Origin: a virus
Lineage: Duplodnaviria > Caudoviricetes
Virus record (IMG/VR): IMGVR_UViG_3300049157_000049
Location: 1 to 61,531 of that record
Reading direction: 5' to 3' (one strand)
Length of the DNA stretch: 61,531 nt
Shown here: positions 27,430-37,209 of the stretch, piece after piece
Position numbering within the stretch: the stretch's first letter is position 1
Layout: each line of letters begins with the position of its first letter
The notes under the pieces: model-generated
Told to the model about the DNA's origin: nothing
What the model saw: the letters and a program-made list of their open reading frames with translations, nothing else
Database searches by the model: none
Position numbers and translations under genes: made by a program

Positions 27430-27813
27430 CTAGCTTATGACAACTACCTTGAGGACACGGACCTTCTTTGTGAGCGGGCCTGTTGGGGTGTGGCTGTGAA
27501 GGCCCTCTATCTCTTCAATCACTACTTTGCAGCCCCGCCTGAGGGGCCGTCTCGGGTTCTCAGCGACCGCCCCCAATGAGTACAAGCCACGCCGCCCGTC
27601 GTCAAACTTGACATGGAACAAGGTCAGCTCCACTTGCGTCACCGTTGCGAACCGCCGCACGATTTTCTCTTGGACGATGTTTTCGTGTGTATGTGCCGTC
27701 TCCGGGGGTTTAGCCGTTTCGGCCGACTCTTCAGCATTTTGCGTGTCTTTCTCTTCAGCCGTGTCTTTCTCTTCAGTTTTCTTAGAACTCTCCGCTTTTT
27801 GTTTCTTTGCCAT
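27430..27813 (-). CDS. Hypothetical protein with charged low-complexity N-terminus
   Basis: AAGGAG RBS; EEKDT repeat. Confidence 0.65.
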   Translation of the reverse strand: MAKKQKAESSKKTEEKDTAEEKDTQNAEESAETAKPPETAHTHENIVQEKIVRRFATVTQVELTLFHVKFDDGRRGLYSLGAVAENPRRPLRRGCKVVIEEIEGLHSHTPTGPLTKKVRVLKVVVIS

Positions 27814-27826
27814 TTTGTGAACTCCT

Positions 27827-28339
27827 TTATGGATTTGTAGTATGTAAATAGCCTTGAACCATCATTCGGTGACCAGTTAAGTCTGAGAAGTCATCATTTA
27901 GTACTACTTCCAGCCGTTCGTTTTCCAGACCGTAAATCGAAAGCGGTATCCCCGCCCGATCAAAACTCCATCGTACGACTATCATAACATCGCCAACACC
28001 AAACGCCAGCTCTTTCACGTCGTAGCATAGCACCGCCCATTCGCCGTTTGTCTTAACGTTGGATTTCGTAAGTGCATTCACGGTCCCGGAATCATTTTGT
28101 ATACGCACTTGAATCCCGTTCGCAAGGGTAATGTTGTTACCGTATTTGTCCGCGTCCGGGTTGCCCGCATCTTTGATCCATATAATCATGCGATGAGCGA
28201 AAAATTTCTTGTCGCTCGGGGGTTGGTAAAAGAAGATTGTCTGGCCAGCTCCAAGATCAGAATAGTCGCCTGTCATTTCAGTCGTTCCGGTTCCGTCCCC
28301 GGCTGTATCTAGGAGATGAGAGAGATATCTTGAGGACAT
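27827..28339 (-). CDS. Conserved phage beta-rich protein, possibly virion-associated
   Basis: GGAGG RBS; G/T/D-rich beta-strand pattern. Confidence 0.6.
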   Translation of the reverse strand: MSSRYLSHLLDTAGDGTGTTEMTGDYSDLGAGQTIFFYQPPSDKKFFAHRMIIWIKDAGNPDADKYGNNITLANGIQVRIQNDSGTVNALTKSNVKTNGEWAVLCYDVKELAFGVGDVMIVVRWSFDRAGIPLSIYGLENERLEVVLNDDFSDLTGHRMMVQGYLHTTNP

Positions 28340-28363
28340 AATTCGCCTCCAAAAGTCTTTACA

Positions 28364-28810
28364 TCATTTGTTATACGTAATGGAGTGCATCAGCTTGAGC
28401 GCGTCTATTACGGATTTGAGTTCTTGCTCGGATGATATTGTGACGCACCATTTGGGCTGAAACGTAGGGCCGATTGTTACCTCCGATTGGGTGCCTGTTG
28501 ATGGGATGCGAATTAGAAGATCCCCTTTATCGAGTTCTATGACTTTAGATGAGAACGATGGCGGCGGGGGGCCAAATGTCGCCTGACGGATCGTTGCCCA
28601 TGGGCGCCCGGTATTGCGGTACTCAACCATGCGGAATTTCGCACCACGTTTGATGAGAGATCGCTCGTCTTCGGACACGCAGCTATTTGACACGTAGCTT
28701 ACGTAAACCCGCTCCCCCTCCGTCAGCTTGGCGTTGAACCCCTCATAGGACAGCTCGTGTACCGTCCCTGTCAGGGTTACAATATCGATGATGGGGCACG
28801 GCTCACTCAA
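28364..28810 (-). CDS. Hypothetical protein
   Basis: Overlaps the upstream stop; operon context. Confidence 0.55.
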   Translation of the reverse strand: MSEPCPIIDIVTLTGTVHELSYEGFNAKLTEGERVYVSYVSNSCVSEDERSLIKRGAKFRMVEYRNTGRPWATIRQATFGPPPPSFSSKVIELDKGDLLIRIPSTGTQSEVTIGPTFQPKWCVTISSEQELKSVIDALKLMHSITYNK

Positions 28811-29234
28811 CGCCTTGACCCGAATACATCACGCTGTGCAGAGATGTAGCTGGGGTTATTGGGTCCCCTACAAAGGCCGCTACGAACGTGGCGTACGCGA
28901 TGGGGTGATTGTCGTCCTCAGCTGGAGCGTAAACACCGAAAAACTCAAGGATCGTGGATGTCGGTTCCAGTCCGGAGCCGGTGCGGCCGGTACATTTGGC
29001 TGCGATGTCCCAGAGCAACGCCGCAAAGCCCTGCTCATACAATTCGAATCTGGCGAATCCACCCACGCGATCCACCGCAAATCGGGAATGGCGAAGATTC
29101 CCGGGGTTGTTGTTGCGGTACGAACGGGACTCAGGGAACCACCCTTCAAATTTTTGGATGGCGAGCGCCATCCTGTAGACGTGAGGGTGATGCTTCGCCA
29201 TATAGAGAATGTAGGTGTAAGATTGGTCGTTCAT
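28803..29234 (-). CDS. Putative peptidoglycan hydrolase (RNNNPGNLR family)
   Basis: RSYRNNNPGNLR...FARF...GFAAL...TI..F..VYAP..DN...YA motif seen in phage lytic/virion proteins. Confidence 0.7.
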   Translation of the reverse strand: MNDQSYTYILYMAKHHPHVYRMALAIQKFEGWFPESRSYRNNNPGNLRHSRFAVDRVGGFARFELYEQGFAALLWDIAAKCTGRTGSGLEPTSTILEFFGVYAPAEDDNHPIAYATFVAAFVGDPITPATSLHSVMYSGQGVE

Positions 29235-29389
29235 TGAGCCCTTTCTGGGTTGACAGCTAGGTGTCCCCATCCCCCTCCTAGATGCCGAGGTTTGGAGCCT
29301 CAGCATGCGAGCCGACCCGGGAATCCGTCGCCCCCGGCTCCAACTACCCTCGCCTGTCAGTCTATCAAAAACGCGGGCGCGTAGCCCGG

Positions 29390-29593
29390 CTACGCGTTGG
29401 AGCCGAAGACTTCGCGACGGAAGTAGTGCGACAGGGATATACCTTCCTTTGTCGCGCGCCTGCGGATGGCTTCCATATCCGCCTTCGAAATCTTCAGTTG
29501 AAAGAACTTAGGGCGCCCCCCTTCCACGTCGGGGCGCCGGCCACGTTGCGGTTTCTCTGCCATAGATGCGATCTCCTTTCTGAGTATTGTCAC
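29390..29593 (-). CDS. Ribbon-helix-helix DNA-binding protein
   Basis: GRPKFFQLKISKADMEAIRRRATKEGISLSHYFR. Confidence 0.7.
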   Translation of the reverse strand: MTILRKEIASMAEKPQRGRRPDVEGGRPKFFQLKISKADMEAIRRRATKEGISLSHYFRREVFGSNA

Positions 29594-30048
29594 TCCTCAT
29601 TATCCCCTATCGGTTGTGACGCGTCAAATACGACCTCAGGCGCATAGGGTCGGGTCTTTGCCGCCGAGATGCTCGCGCCGGCTACAGGGGGGTCCTGAAT
29701 CTTTGAAGCTTGAATCGTTTCGATAGGCACGCCGTTGTCGATAAGCGCTTCTTCAGAGAGCCTCCATTTGCTGCCCCGGTCAACCCTCGTGACTTTCCAC
29801 TCATCATAGCTGTAGGACTTGAGGTTGAAAGCGGTGATGATGCTGACGATCTCTTCGGTGACTTCCTTTTTTCGCGCGACCGCTTCAACCTCTTGGGCGC
29901 GCAATCGTTTGTACTCCGCGCAGAGCTCCCGCAGAGTCGGCCCGACCATTTCCTCGATCTCTTCAAATGTCATTTTTATAGCCCCTTTGTCTTGAGCACG
30001 CTCGATACCACGGAACCAACTTTCTTGACGATTTTCTTGTAGCTCCAA
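29590..30048 (-). CDS. Hypothetical coiled-coil protein
   Basis: Operon context; helical N-terminal half. Confidence 0.6.
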   Translation of the reverse strand: MELQENRQESWFRGIERAQDKGAIKMTFEEIEEMVGPTLRELCAEYKRLRAQEVEAVARKKEVTEEIVSIITAFNLKSYSYDEWKVTRVDRGSKWRLSEEALIDNGVPIETIQASKIQDPPVAGASISAAKTRPYAPEVVFDASQPIGDNEE

Positions 30049-30248
30049 CTTCCTTTACCAAAATACAAATCTCGCTGCAGCGTGCTCGGGATAAGCTTAG
30101 CGTGTTCGCGGCATGTCGGATACCTTACGGGGATCCGTTTGGTGCAAGTATTCACCACACAAACATGACGTTTCGGCGCACGCTTGAGCGGGTAGTTCTG
30201 CCGGTTGTAGGTATCAACGAAAGCCTGTAGGGCCTTAGCGTTCTTCAT
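29976..30248 (-). CDS. Hypothetical protein (Cys/His motif)
   Basis: HVCVVNTC...TCREH. Confidence 0.55.
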   Translation of the reverse strand: MKNAKALQAFVDTYNRQNYPLKRAPKRHVCVVNTCTKRIPVRYPTCREHAKLIPSTLQRDLYFGKGSWSYKKIVKKVGSVVSSVLKTKGL

Positions 30249-30555
30249 ACGTCCACCCGCCTTGTTTGCTTATGGCTTCAAAGTCCTCTTTGGTAAAGGG
30301 CGTCTCGTAGTCGGATAGCCAACAGGTAAGTTGGCCTTCCGCATCCGTCGAGATGTGCTCAATTTTCAGCTCCCGAAACGCAAGCGATTCTATTTCTAGC
30401 CCCATACCTACAAATGCAGGCATAGGCAGACTTATGTATTTCGAAAGCCTAACGCTGACAGGCCCCGTGCCAATTTTGGGTTGCTTCCCGAAATACGCCG
30501 AAGAGATTACAAATTTGTATACCACTTTTGTCACCCCCTCAATTTGTACTTCCAT
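30235..30555 (-). CDS. Hypothetical protein
   Basis: GGAGG RBS. Confidence 0.6.
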   Translation of the reverse strand: MEVQIEGVTKVVYKFVISSAYFGKQPKIGTGPVSVRLSKYISLPMPAFVGMGLEIESLAFRELKIEHISTDAEGQLTCWLSDYETPFTKEDFEAISKQGGWTYEER

Positions 30556-30738
30556 ACTATTGTCCTCCTGAGGGTTTAGGCGCAGGTTTCGGACGCGGTC
30601 TAGGTTTCGGCTTCTCCCATGGGGGTTTCTTAGCAGTCATGGGCCTTCGGTCACCAAACGCCACAACCATAGCAATAACAACCACCATCGCAAAAAACAC
30701 CAACCCAGCGACACACACGTGACACGAGAAACTATACA

Positions 30739-31059
30739 CTACAAAACCTCCACGTCGTCGATGTTGATGAATGGAAGTGACGCACCAATGCTGAAATAGA
30801 GCGGGGACTTGTGGCCAGCCTCGGCCCCATGAAGGAAAAACACGCCCTTAACACGAAACGTCGCACCGGTGAGTTTGGGCTTTGAGCTGCTTTCTACCTT
30901 GCCGTTGTAGAACTGCGACACAACTTTGATCTCAGCACCTTTAAGCCGTTTGAGTAGCGCATTGACGCGGTTCTCGATGTCTTTGCATTCCTCGCGGATG
31001 TGGTGCGTTTTTTCAGAGATCGGTGCAAACCCTATTACGTTGACAACTTCAGCAGTCAT
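30739..31059 (-). CDS. Hypothetical protein
   Basis: AGGAG RBS; directly downstream of polA. Confidence 0.6.
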   Translation of the reverse strand: MTAEVVNVIGFAPISEKTHHIREECKDIENRVNALLKRLKGAEIKVVSQFYNGKVESSSKPKLTGATFRVKGVFFLHGAEAGHKSPLYFSIGASLPFINIDDVEVL

Positions 31060-31071
31060 TATCGTTCTCCT

Positions 31072-33699
31072 CTATTCTTTGATGTCTGCGAGGTTATAGC
31101 CAAAGCCGCTATCAACTTCAACAGGTACTGACAGCGGCACAGCGTTAATCATGAGGTCTTCCATCATGGTTTTTGTGTTGTGTTTCTCATCTGGCGAATC
31201 CGGTGTTTCCACGGTCAGGTCATCATGAATCTGTAGCAACGGAAACACTAACAGAGTGGACGCCGCCACTTCTTCCATGACGAGATTCATGGCGCGTTTG
31301 ATGATCTCTTGCGCGGTTCCTTGGATACGGAAGTTGATTGCGGCACGCTCCGCTTCGAATCTCGTATAGGCGTTCTCCGAGTGGATGCCCGGAAGGATCC
31401 GTTTACGGCCGAGCTGGGTGCGCACGTATCCGTGGCGACGGCAATATTCTTTGGACTCTTCCATGTACACCTTAACACCTGAAACCAGCTTAAGATACTC
31501 CTGTAGAAACTCTTCACATTTTGTGAGTGGCCAGTTCAGTCCTACTTTATTCAATGACAGATAGAGCTTTTTAGCGCCCCCTCCGTACACCGTAAGAAAC
31601 CCAATTGTCTTTGCTGGGAACCTCTGCGAACCTTTATCGACGGCATCAACAGGTATATCCCAGATCATTGCGGCGGTTTTGGAGTGTTGGTCCTCTCCAT
31701 TGCGAAACGTCTCGCACAGAAACGGGTCACCGGAGATGTGAGCGAGCACACGCATCTCAATACCGGAGTAATCTGCGCCGAACATGATGTGGCCGGCACG
31801 GACGATAAACGCTTTCTTGATACGCTTGCCGAGCTCCGTTCGGGCGGGCAACGCGAGCACGTTTGGATCGAATGCAGACAGTCGCCCGGTTATCACGCTT
31901 GTAATGCGGAAATTAGGGTGAAGCGTACCGTTCTTGACGTACTCAGGGATCTTATCCGCATATGTGCTTTTAAGCTTTAGCAGCCCCCGATATTCCAGCG
32001 TTTTGCTTAGAAGCCAGTGCGCAACCTCCCACGATTCGGACTCCTCAGTGTCGAGCTCCAACATGTTAATCAGCGTTTGGATGTTAGGCTCATTCAAGCT
32101 AGGCTGGCCTGAATCCGTTTTCGTCGGGGGCATTGGTATATTACCGAGACCGTCATAGAGAAATTCCGTAAGTTGTTTTGACGAATTTAGGTTCAAGTCT
32201 GTCCCCAGCTTATCCTTAATCTCACCATGGATCCCTAGCATCTTACTCATAAGCTCATCTGACAGCGTCTTGAGCGCCTCCAGATCGGGATAAAGCCCGT
32301 ATTCCTGCATGCGATTGATAAACGTAATGGCACCTAGGTCGTTCTGTATGCTTTTGCCTAGCTTATTACGTCGGATCTCCTCTTCAAGGATCGGCAATAC
32401 CTCATACGTCGCATGTGCGTCTCGGGCGGAGTAGTATATCGCATCTTCGAGCGGGATATCATCGAGAGTCGGCTCGGGCATATCGCCAAACTTTTCAATG
32501 GCGGGCGCTTTATCCGCATGGTCCCATTTCTTCCAACGCTCTCGTAGATCTGCTTTCTTGATTTTGTCTTCCGCGAGATCAGATAGAAGCCTGTCGAGCT
32601 TGCGATTCAATGGCCACGGTTTCTTTGCAACCATCTTCCCGCCTTTGAACTCGGTACGCGGCGGAGTCGGTCCCCAGTCGTAATCCGCTATCTCCATTAT
32701 ATACTTGAACGCAAGGCTTGCGGACGGCTTAGCAATCATGTCTCTGTAGGATTTCATCTTCATGCCGCAATGGCGCATGGCGAGGGGCTTCAAGCCCTGC
32801 GGCTCTACTTGTAATTGGTATGACAATACCTGGCTATCCGTAAACTGCATACGTTCCACACAGAGAACTCCAAGAACCTTAAGCATACGAATATCGTATA
32901 GCGCATTATGGTAAATTATCCGGGGGCGATTCCGATTAAGCGCGTCGTCGAACGCTTTTATCAAACGGGCGCCATTGGGTCCATGCAGTCGAATGACGTA
33001 AGCAACGCCAGATTCAGAGCAAAAACTCAGCCCCCAAGGGTTGTAAGGCGTCCCTTCAGTATCGACAGCAACCGATCCCTTCAGCTTGCGTCTAAGAAGC
33101 TTCACGGCAACTGGTACAGACATCTTGTTGATATCAATGTATTTGGGAGATGGGTGTTTGTCTCGAATCCTCTTAAGCGGGAGCTCCCCCCTTAGGTAGC
33201 GGCCTAATTGTCTATAGTCGTACTCGATGAAAGGCTGTAGATCGTGGTTATGCATCCCTCCGGCTGGGTGGTAGAGCGGTACAACCCACCCTTGATAGCC
33301 AGTGGCCTTTGAGCGCGCCCATTGGGCTTTCCCATGGACCACATCCATCGAACACCGGGGGCCTAAAAAGAACCGCGCGGAAAACGCTCCAACCGCACCG
33401 ATGATGCCCGGGTTTACCTCCTCAATCTCCGCGCTCAGCTTGCTTACGTCTCGGGAGATCTCCCAAGGTAGGGGATCCGGGTCGCCTTCTTTGTAGTCTT
33501 TAACCAGGTTGGTTTTGTAGTACGAGTATTTCCGTATCCCTGCCGCTGCCATGTAGCGATCTTGCTCGCGGCCAGATGCGCCCACAAATGGAAGCCCAAG
33601 CTCGGCTTCCGTCTTGCCAGGGCGCTCTCCGACAACCATTAGCTCCGCAGGGACGGGGCCATCCCCGGGCACCCAGATCTGCTTAGGCTTACGATTCAT
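31072..33699 (-). CDS. polA: Family A DNA polymerase with N-terminal uracil-DNA-glycosylase-like domain and 3'-5' exonuclease
   Basis: UDG: VPGDGP..AELMVVGERPG..E...G.PFVGASG, YHPA. Exo: VAVDTE, HNALYD, YSARDA. Pol: TGRLS, ADYSGIEMR, AKTIGFLTVYGGG, QIHDD. Confidence 0.96.
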   Translation of the reverse strand: MNRKPKQIWVPGDGPVPAELMVVGERPGKTEAELGLPFVGASGREQDRYMAAAGIRKYSYYKTNLVKDYKEGDPDPLPWEISRDVSKLSAEIEEVNPGIIGAVGAFSARFFLGPRCSMDVVHGKAQWARSKATGYQGWVVPLYHPAGGMHNHDLQPFIEYDYRQLGRYLRGELPLKRIRDKHPSPKYIDINKMSVPVAVKLLRRKLKGSVAVDTEGTPYNPWGLSFCSESGVAYVIRLHGPNGARLIKAFDDALNRNRPRIIYHNALYDIRMLKVLGVLCVERMQFTDSQVLSYQLQVEPQGLKPLAMRHCGMKMKSYRDMIAKPSASLAFKYIMEIADYDWGPTPPRTEFKGGKMVAKKPWPLNRKLDRLLSDLAEDKIKKADLRERWKKWDHADKAPAIEKFGDMPEPTLDDIPLEDAIYYSARDAHATYEVLPILEEEIRRNKLGKSIQNDLGAITFINRMQEYGLYPDLEALKTLSDELMSKMLGIHGEIKDKLGTDLNLNSSKQLTEFLYDGLGNIPMPPTKTDSGQPSLNEPNIQTLINMLELDTEESESWEVAHWLLSKTLEYRGLLKLKSTYADKIPEYVKNGTLHPNFRITSVITGRLSAFDPNVLALPARTELGKRIKKAFIVRAGHIMFGADYSGIEMRVLAHISGDPFLCETFRNGEDQHSKTAAMIWDIPVDAVDKGSQRFPAKTIGFLTVYGGGAKKLYLSLNKVGLNWPLTKCEEFLQEYLKLVSGVKVYMEESKEYCRRHGYVRTQLGRKRILPGIHSENAYTRFEAERAAINFRIQGTAQEIIKRAMNLVMEEVAASTLLVFPLLQIHDDLTVETPDSPDEKHNTKTMMEDLMINAVPLSVPVEVDSGFGYNLADIKE

Positions 33700-34090
33700 T
33701 CCGTTTTCGCACTACCATTGTCAACGTCTTATACTCACCGCGACCGACATGAGAGAGCTCAATCTGCACGATATCATCGTAATCTAGGTTAAGGTATTGC
33801 GCGGCTTCGTCCGGAATTGCAATAGCCTTAGGGTTTGAGCCTTCCCGCCCGTGGTCTAGAAGGCGCTTACCTTCCGTAACGAACCCCAATACCAATTTTA
33901 CACAGTCTGTGCAACGGTAGGCGCCGCCTATAAGGCTCCATCCTTCTGGAGGTTCGGGGCGCCTATCGTCATGGGCTAACTGATACAGTACAGATTCGTG
34001 CAAACCTGAGTAGGCAATTCCTGGTAAATCTACCGCGTTCGGGCAGAAATCGCATTCGATCGATGCTCTTGTTGTTATCTTAATCGCCAT
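33689..34090 (-). CDS. Hypothetical protein (CxxC pairs; AbrB-like C-terminus)
   Basis: CDFC, CTDC; IAIPDEAAQYLNL...DIVQI. Confidence 0.55.
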   Translation of the reverse strand: MAIKITTRASIECDFCPNAVDLPGIAYSGLHESVLYQLAHDDRRPEPPEGWSLIGGAYRCTDCVKLVLGFVTEGKRLLDHGREGSNPKAIAIPDEAAQYLNLDYDDIVQIELSHVGRGEYKTLTMVVRKRNES

Positions 34091-34811
34091 TGTTTGAGCC
34101 CCTCACTCCCAGCTCTTTCATAATCCGTTCCGCTTTTTTAGCGCCGATGCCGTTTATCTTCACCCAGTCTTCTACCTGAGCATCGACCATCGCCTTGACA
34201 GTAGAGAATCTCTCAGCAATACGTAATGACAGCTCCCACCCAACGTTCGTTAATTGCGAAGCGAAATACTGTGTCTTAGACACATTACCAATCTCTGTCC
34301 CCGACGCTAAACTACAGATAGCCCCACTCTTGTTAAAGACCTTGTAGCTTTTGTGTTTCGCCCAGTCTTTTTGCCACCATTGATATAGCTCAATCAATAG
34401 CATGATCGAATCCCGTTTATCCACCGCCTGCAACAGCCTAACAGGCGCTTGATGTGTGATGGAGAGTAGCCAACCGCGAAAGTCCGCGAGCGTTGTCACG
34501 CCCATTGGCACCTTTGGCGACTTGATATATCCACGGTTGTCCTCCCTTGGCATCCCGATTAAGAGTAGATAGCTGACATCGAAGGTTTCGATCATTCCGG
34601 GAATCTGATGGCACGCAAGCCGCCCGTTCTTCATGCAACTCAGCGCGTCCGACATGGTTTTGATTTCCACACCGATTGAGAGCTGGCCTTTTGGCCCCTT
34701 GCCGAAGAACGCCACGTCCCCGAAGTCGAGCTGCGTGAGCTCCACACCAAGTCGCCTAGGCATCGCGTCCTTTAGGTGCTTTGAGCCGATACGGTTGTCC
34801 ACTAAGATCAT
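34080..34811 (-). CDS. ERCC4 (XPF/Mus81-like) nuclease with C-terminal HhH
   Basis: ILVDNR...LDFGD...GVEIKTMSD....NGRL..Q; INGIGAKKA. Confidence 0.85.
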   Translation of the reverse strand: MILVDNRIGSKHLKDAMPRRLGVELTQLDFGDVAFFGKGPKGQLSIGVEIKTMSDALSCMKNGRLACHQIPGMIETFDVSYLLLIGMPREDNRGYIKSPKVPMGVTTLADFRGWLLSITHQAPVRLLQAVDKRDSIMLLIELYQWWQKDWAKHKSYKVFNKSGAICSLASGTEIGNVSKTQYFASQLTNVGWELSLRIAERFSTVKAMVDAQVEDWVKINGIGAKKAERIMKELGVRGSNNGD

Positions 34812-35158
34812 GGTTTCTGCTCAAAGCGGGATTCGCTCTCCTCAACCATCCCGCGAAGCAAATACAGATAGTTGATGAGATCGTTGATTCTCCCTTCGAT
34901 TGGTTCTGACGCTACTTTACCGCTTCGAACGAAGTGGCGGATTGATGACCAATGCTTTTGCGCGAACACGTACCAGACATGTCGGGGCTCAATACCGCAG
35001 TCCTCACTTGTTCTTTTGAAATTACGTAACGCGTCGTCATCGCCCGCGTATTCCATACCCTTTGTGTCACGGAGCTCAGAACAAGCCTGCTGTACTTCAG
35101 TCACGAGATTTTCGAAGTCTTCACGCCTCATCTTCCCAAACCTCCACACCCCATTCAT
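34808..35158 (-). CDS. All-alpha NTP-PPase-like protein (DUF1599/Nmad1-like)
   Basis: KGMEYA...DALRNF...KH...SEPIEGRINDLINYLYLL. Confidence 0.7.
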   Translation of the reverse strand: MNGVWRFGKMRREDFENLVTEVQQACSELRDTKGMEYAGDDDALRNFKRTSEDCGIEPRHVWYVFAQKHWSSIRHFVRSGKVASEPIEGRINDLINYLYLLRGMVEESESRFEQKP

Positions 35159-35936
35159 CTAAATCAGCGTCGGGGAACAGATATTCAACCAATTCTGCAA
35201 AGCACATCGCGGGCTGTAGTGTCTGGTTAAGATCCACATTTGGCCGGCATTTGTTGAAGTAGTACATAAATTCCGCGTCCCCCCCGTCTCCCTTTACAAT
35301 GCGAGCTGTAATGTCAACTTGAGTGTGATAGAGAATAATATCTTTCTGCCCGTCGAATTCCTTCTTTCCTGTATTTTTGTCATTTACCCATTTGTCCTTC
35401 ATCCTGTGAAGCGTAATAAAATTCATATTCTCACAGCGCTTCACCCGTGCTATGAGAGCGTTGTATTCCATTTTGAGTTTTGTGTACCACAGTGGCGGCG
35501 CTTTTTCAATTCGGGTTGTCCGAGCGAAACGCAAAAACCGATAGAAATCGCTTGCGGTGTCCCATACTAAAGTCCTCGGCGGGTCATCTTGATCCATCAA
35601 CTTAAAACAATCGGATTTCCAATCGGACACGCAGTCGGCGCACTCTTCAACAACTTCTTCGATCTCTTTCTCGGAAACATCCTTGTAATGCATTGTGGTT
35701 TCTTCGATTCGGGGAGGGTCGTACTCTTTGAGCCAAATCTCTTTACCACGTTCGGCAAACTTTTCAACCATGCTATCGCTTCCCAAGTCGAGGGATTGCA
35801 CCAAAATAGGATCAGGGGCGGTAAACGCAAAATGGTTTTTGCCGCTTCCTTGCTGGCCGGTGATGTTGATCATCAATTTAGGTTTAGGCACAGAATTCGC
35901 CCTTTCAAACCCGAGCTTTTTGTATTTACTCGTCAT
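35121..35936 (-). CDS. AAA-family ATPase (Sak4-like recombination protein)
   Basis: Walker A GQQGSGKN; LVWDT Walker B; adjacent to a nuclease and an SSB-like gene. Confidence 0.75.
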   Translation of the reverse strand: MTSKYKKLGFERANSVPKPKLMINITGQQGSGKNHFAFTAPDPILVQSLDLGSDSMVEKFAERGKEIWLKEYDPPRIEETTMHYKDVSEKEIEEVVEECADCVSDWKSDCFKLMDQDDPPRTLVWDTASDFYRFLRFARTTRIEKAPPLWYTKLKMEYNALIARVKRCENMNFITLHRMKDKWVNDKNTGKKEFDGQKDIILYHTQVDITARIVKGDGGDAEFMYYFNKCRPNVDLNQTLQPAMCFAELVEYLFPDADLDEWGVEVWEDEA

Positions 35937-35954
35937 CGGTGTAGTCCTTTGCTG

Positions 35955-36551
35955 TTAGACCCATCCCTGGTTTTTGGCGTGAGCTTTAAGCACTTCAAAA
36001 TTCTGCGACAGCTCTTCGTCTGTGAACGTCAGGTCATACATACGCCAACTGTATTTCGTCCTATCACTATCGAAAAATTGGTAACGACCGTTGACGTAGA
36101 AAACCCTGAATCGAACCGTGTGAAGGCCTAGCATATGTAAGTACGCTTTGGATTGGAGCATCCAATGGTGGTAAGACGGGTCAGTAATGTGTTTTTTGGC
36201 GGATTTCCACGTCGCTTTGTACTCCTCGATGATCGGTACGCCTGGATCTGCCGGTACCGGCGGGTCAGGGGCAAGGTTAATCCCATCCGGTGTGCCGTAG
36301 ATTCCGTCCTTTTCTACCTCTCCGGGATGTGGCACAACGTTGTCATGGTTAAATAGATAATGCCCGAGCCACTTTTCCATCGCTAGGCCAAAGAGGATCA
36401 TCTCGCGTGCGTCTTGGATATTGCCGCCGTATTTCTTGGGGTCTTTTTTGACGAGAATATCTGATGTAATGTCAGAGACATGAAGCCCTTTGGAACGCGT
36501 TGGGTCATTGAGGAGTTGCGGGCCTAAGAATTTGTGCTCGGTTATTTTCAT
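35955..36551 (-). CDS. PD-(D/E)XK exonuclease
   Basis: LHVSD, GTPDG, IEEYKATW, QSKAY. Confidence 0.8.
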   Translation of the reverse strand: MKITEHKFLGPQLLNDPTRSKGLHVSDITSDILVKKDPKKYGGNIQDAREMILFGLAMEKWLGHYLFNHDNVVPHPGEVEKDGIYGTPDGINLAPDPPVPADPGVPIIEEYKATWKSAKKHITDPSYHHWMLQSKAYLHMLGLHTVRFRVFYVNGRYQFFDSDRTKYSWRMYDLTFTDEELSQNFEVLKAHAKNQGWV

Positions 36552-37153
36552 TATAGAATTCCTAGAACCATAAGTCGCAGTACTAAGTGTGCAGGGTCTT
36601 TAACGCGCTCGATCGGACATTTAAGGGGGACTCGATTCCAACTCTGATCCATACAAAACATCCTAGGTTTATAGACATCCTCTGGCCACTGCTCGGATAT
36701 CTGATTCAACGTTTGTGCGTGGTCTTCGACGATCGCTGCGTAGAACGGAAACGGCACCCGTTTATTAATCCGTGACGTGCACGCTTGGATAAACCATGTC
36801 GCTTTTTCCGCCGGGCTACCAAAGCTTTTAATCGCAACAGTTTTGTCAAAAACACTTGAAGCCTTCATGTGGGGAGTCACCCATTTGTAATCCCCTCGCG
36901 CCGTCGCTATGGTGATGTGCGCCCGTCTTGTGAGCACCTGCATGGTCTGCTTGGCGTAGGGGTAAAACTGTGGAACCATATCGCGGAAAATAACATGAAA
37001 TGTTTTGAGGACTTCTTCGGAGGATAGGCCATACTCTGCAGCTAGATTATACTGCGTAGGCGGAGCGCAAAGATCGTGTAACTGTAAAAACGGTGTAACT
37101 AGATCAACAAACACCCCATCAAGGTCACATACAATATTAGGTTTCTTTGCCAT
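36551..37153 (-). CDS. HAD-superfamily 5'(3')-deoxyribonucleotidase-like protein
   Basis: CDLDGV, IATAR, IVEDH, QSWN. Confidence 0.75.
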   Translation of the reverse strand: MAKKPNIVCDLDGVFVDLVTPFLQLHDLCAPPTQYNLAAEYGLSSEEVLKTFHVIFRDMVPQFYPYAKQTMQVLTRRAHITIATARGDYKWVTPHMKASSVFDKTVAIKSFGSPAEKATWFIQACTSRINKRVPFPFYAAIVEDHAQTLNQISEQWPEDVYKPRMFCMDQSWNRVPLKCPIERVKDPAHLVLRLMVLGIL

Positions 37154-37209
37154 TACTGCCCCCTCAGCTCCGGGGTGCCAGGGCTATCCCTGGCACCCTG
37201 ATCCGTACG

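Noticed and set aside
35955-36551. Cas4/CRISPR association
   Set aside because: No Fe-S cysteine set, other cas genes or array; a generic PD-(D/E)XK nuclease in the replication module.
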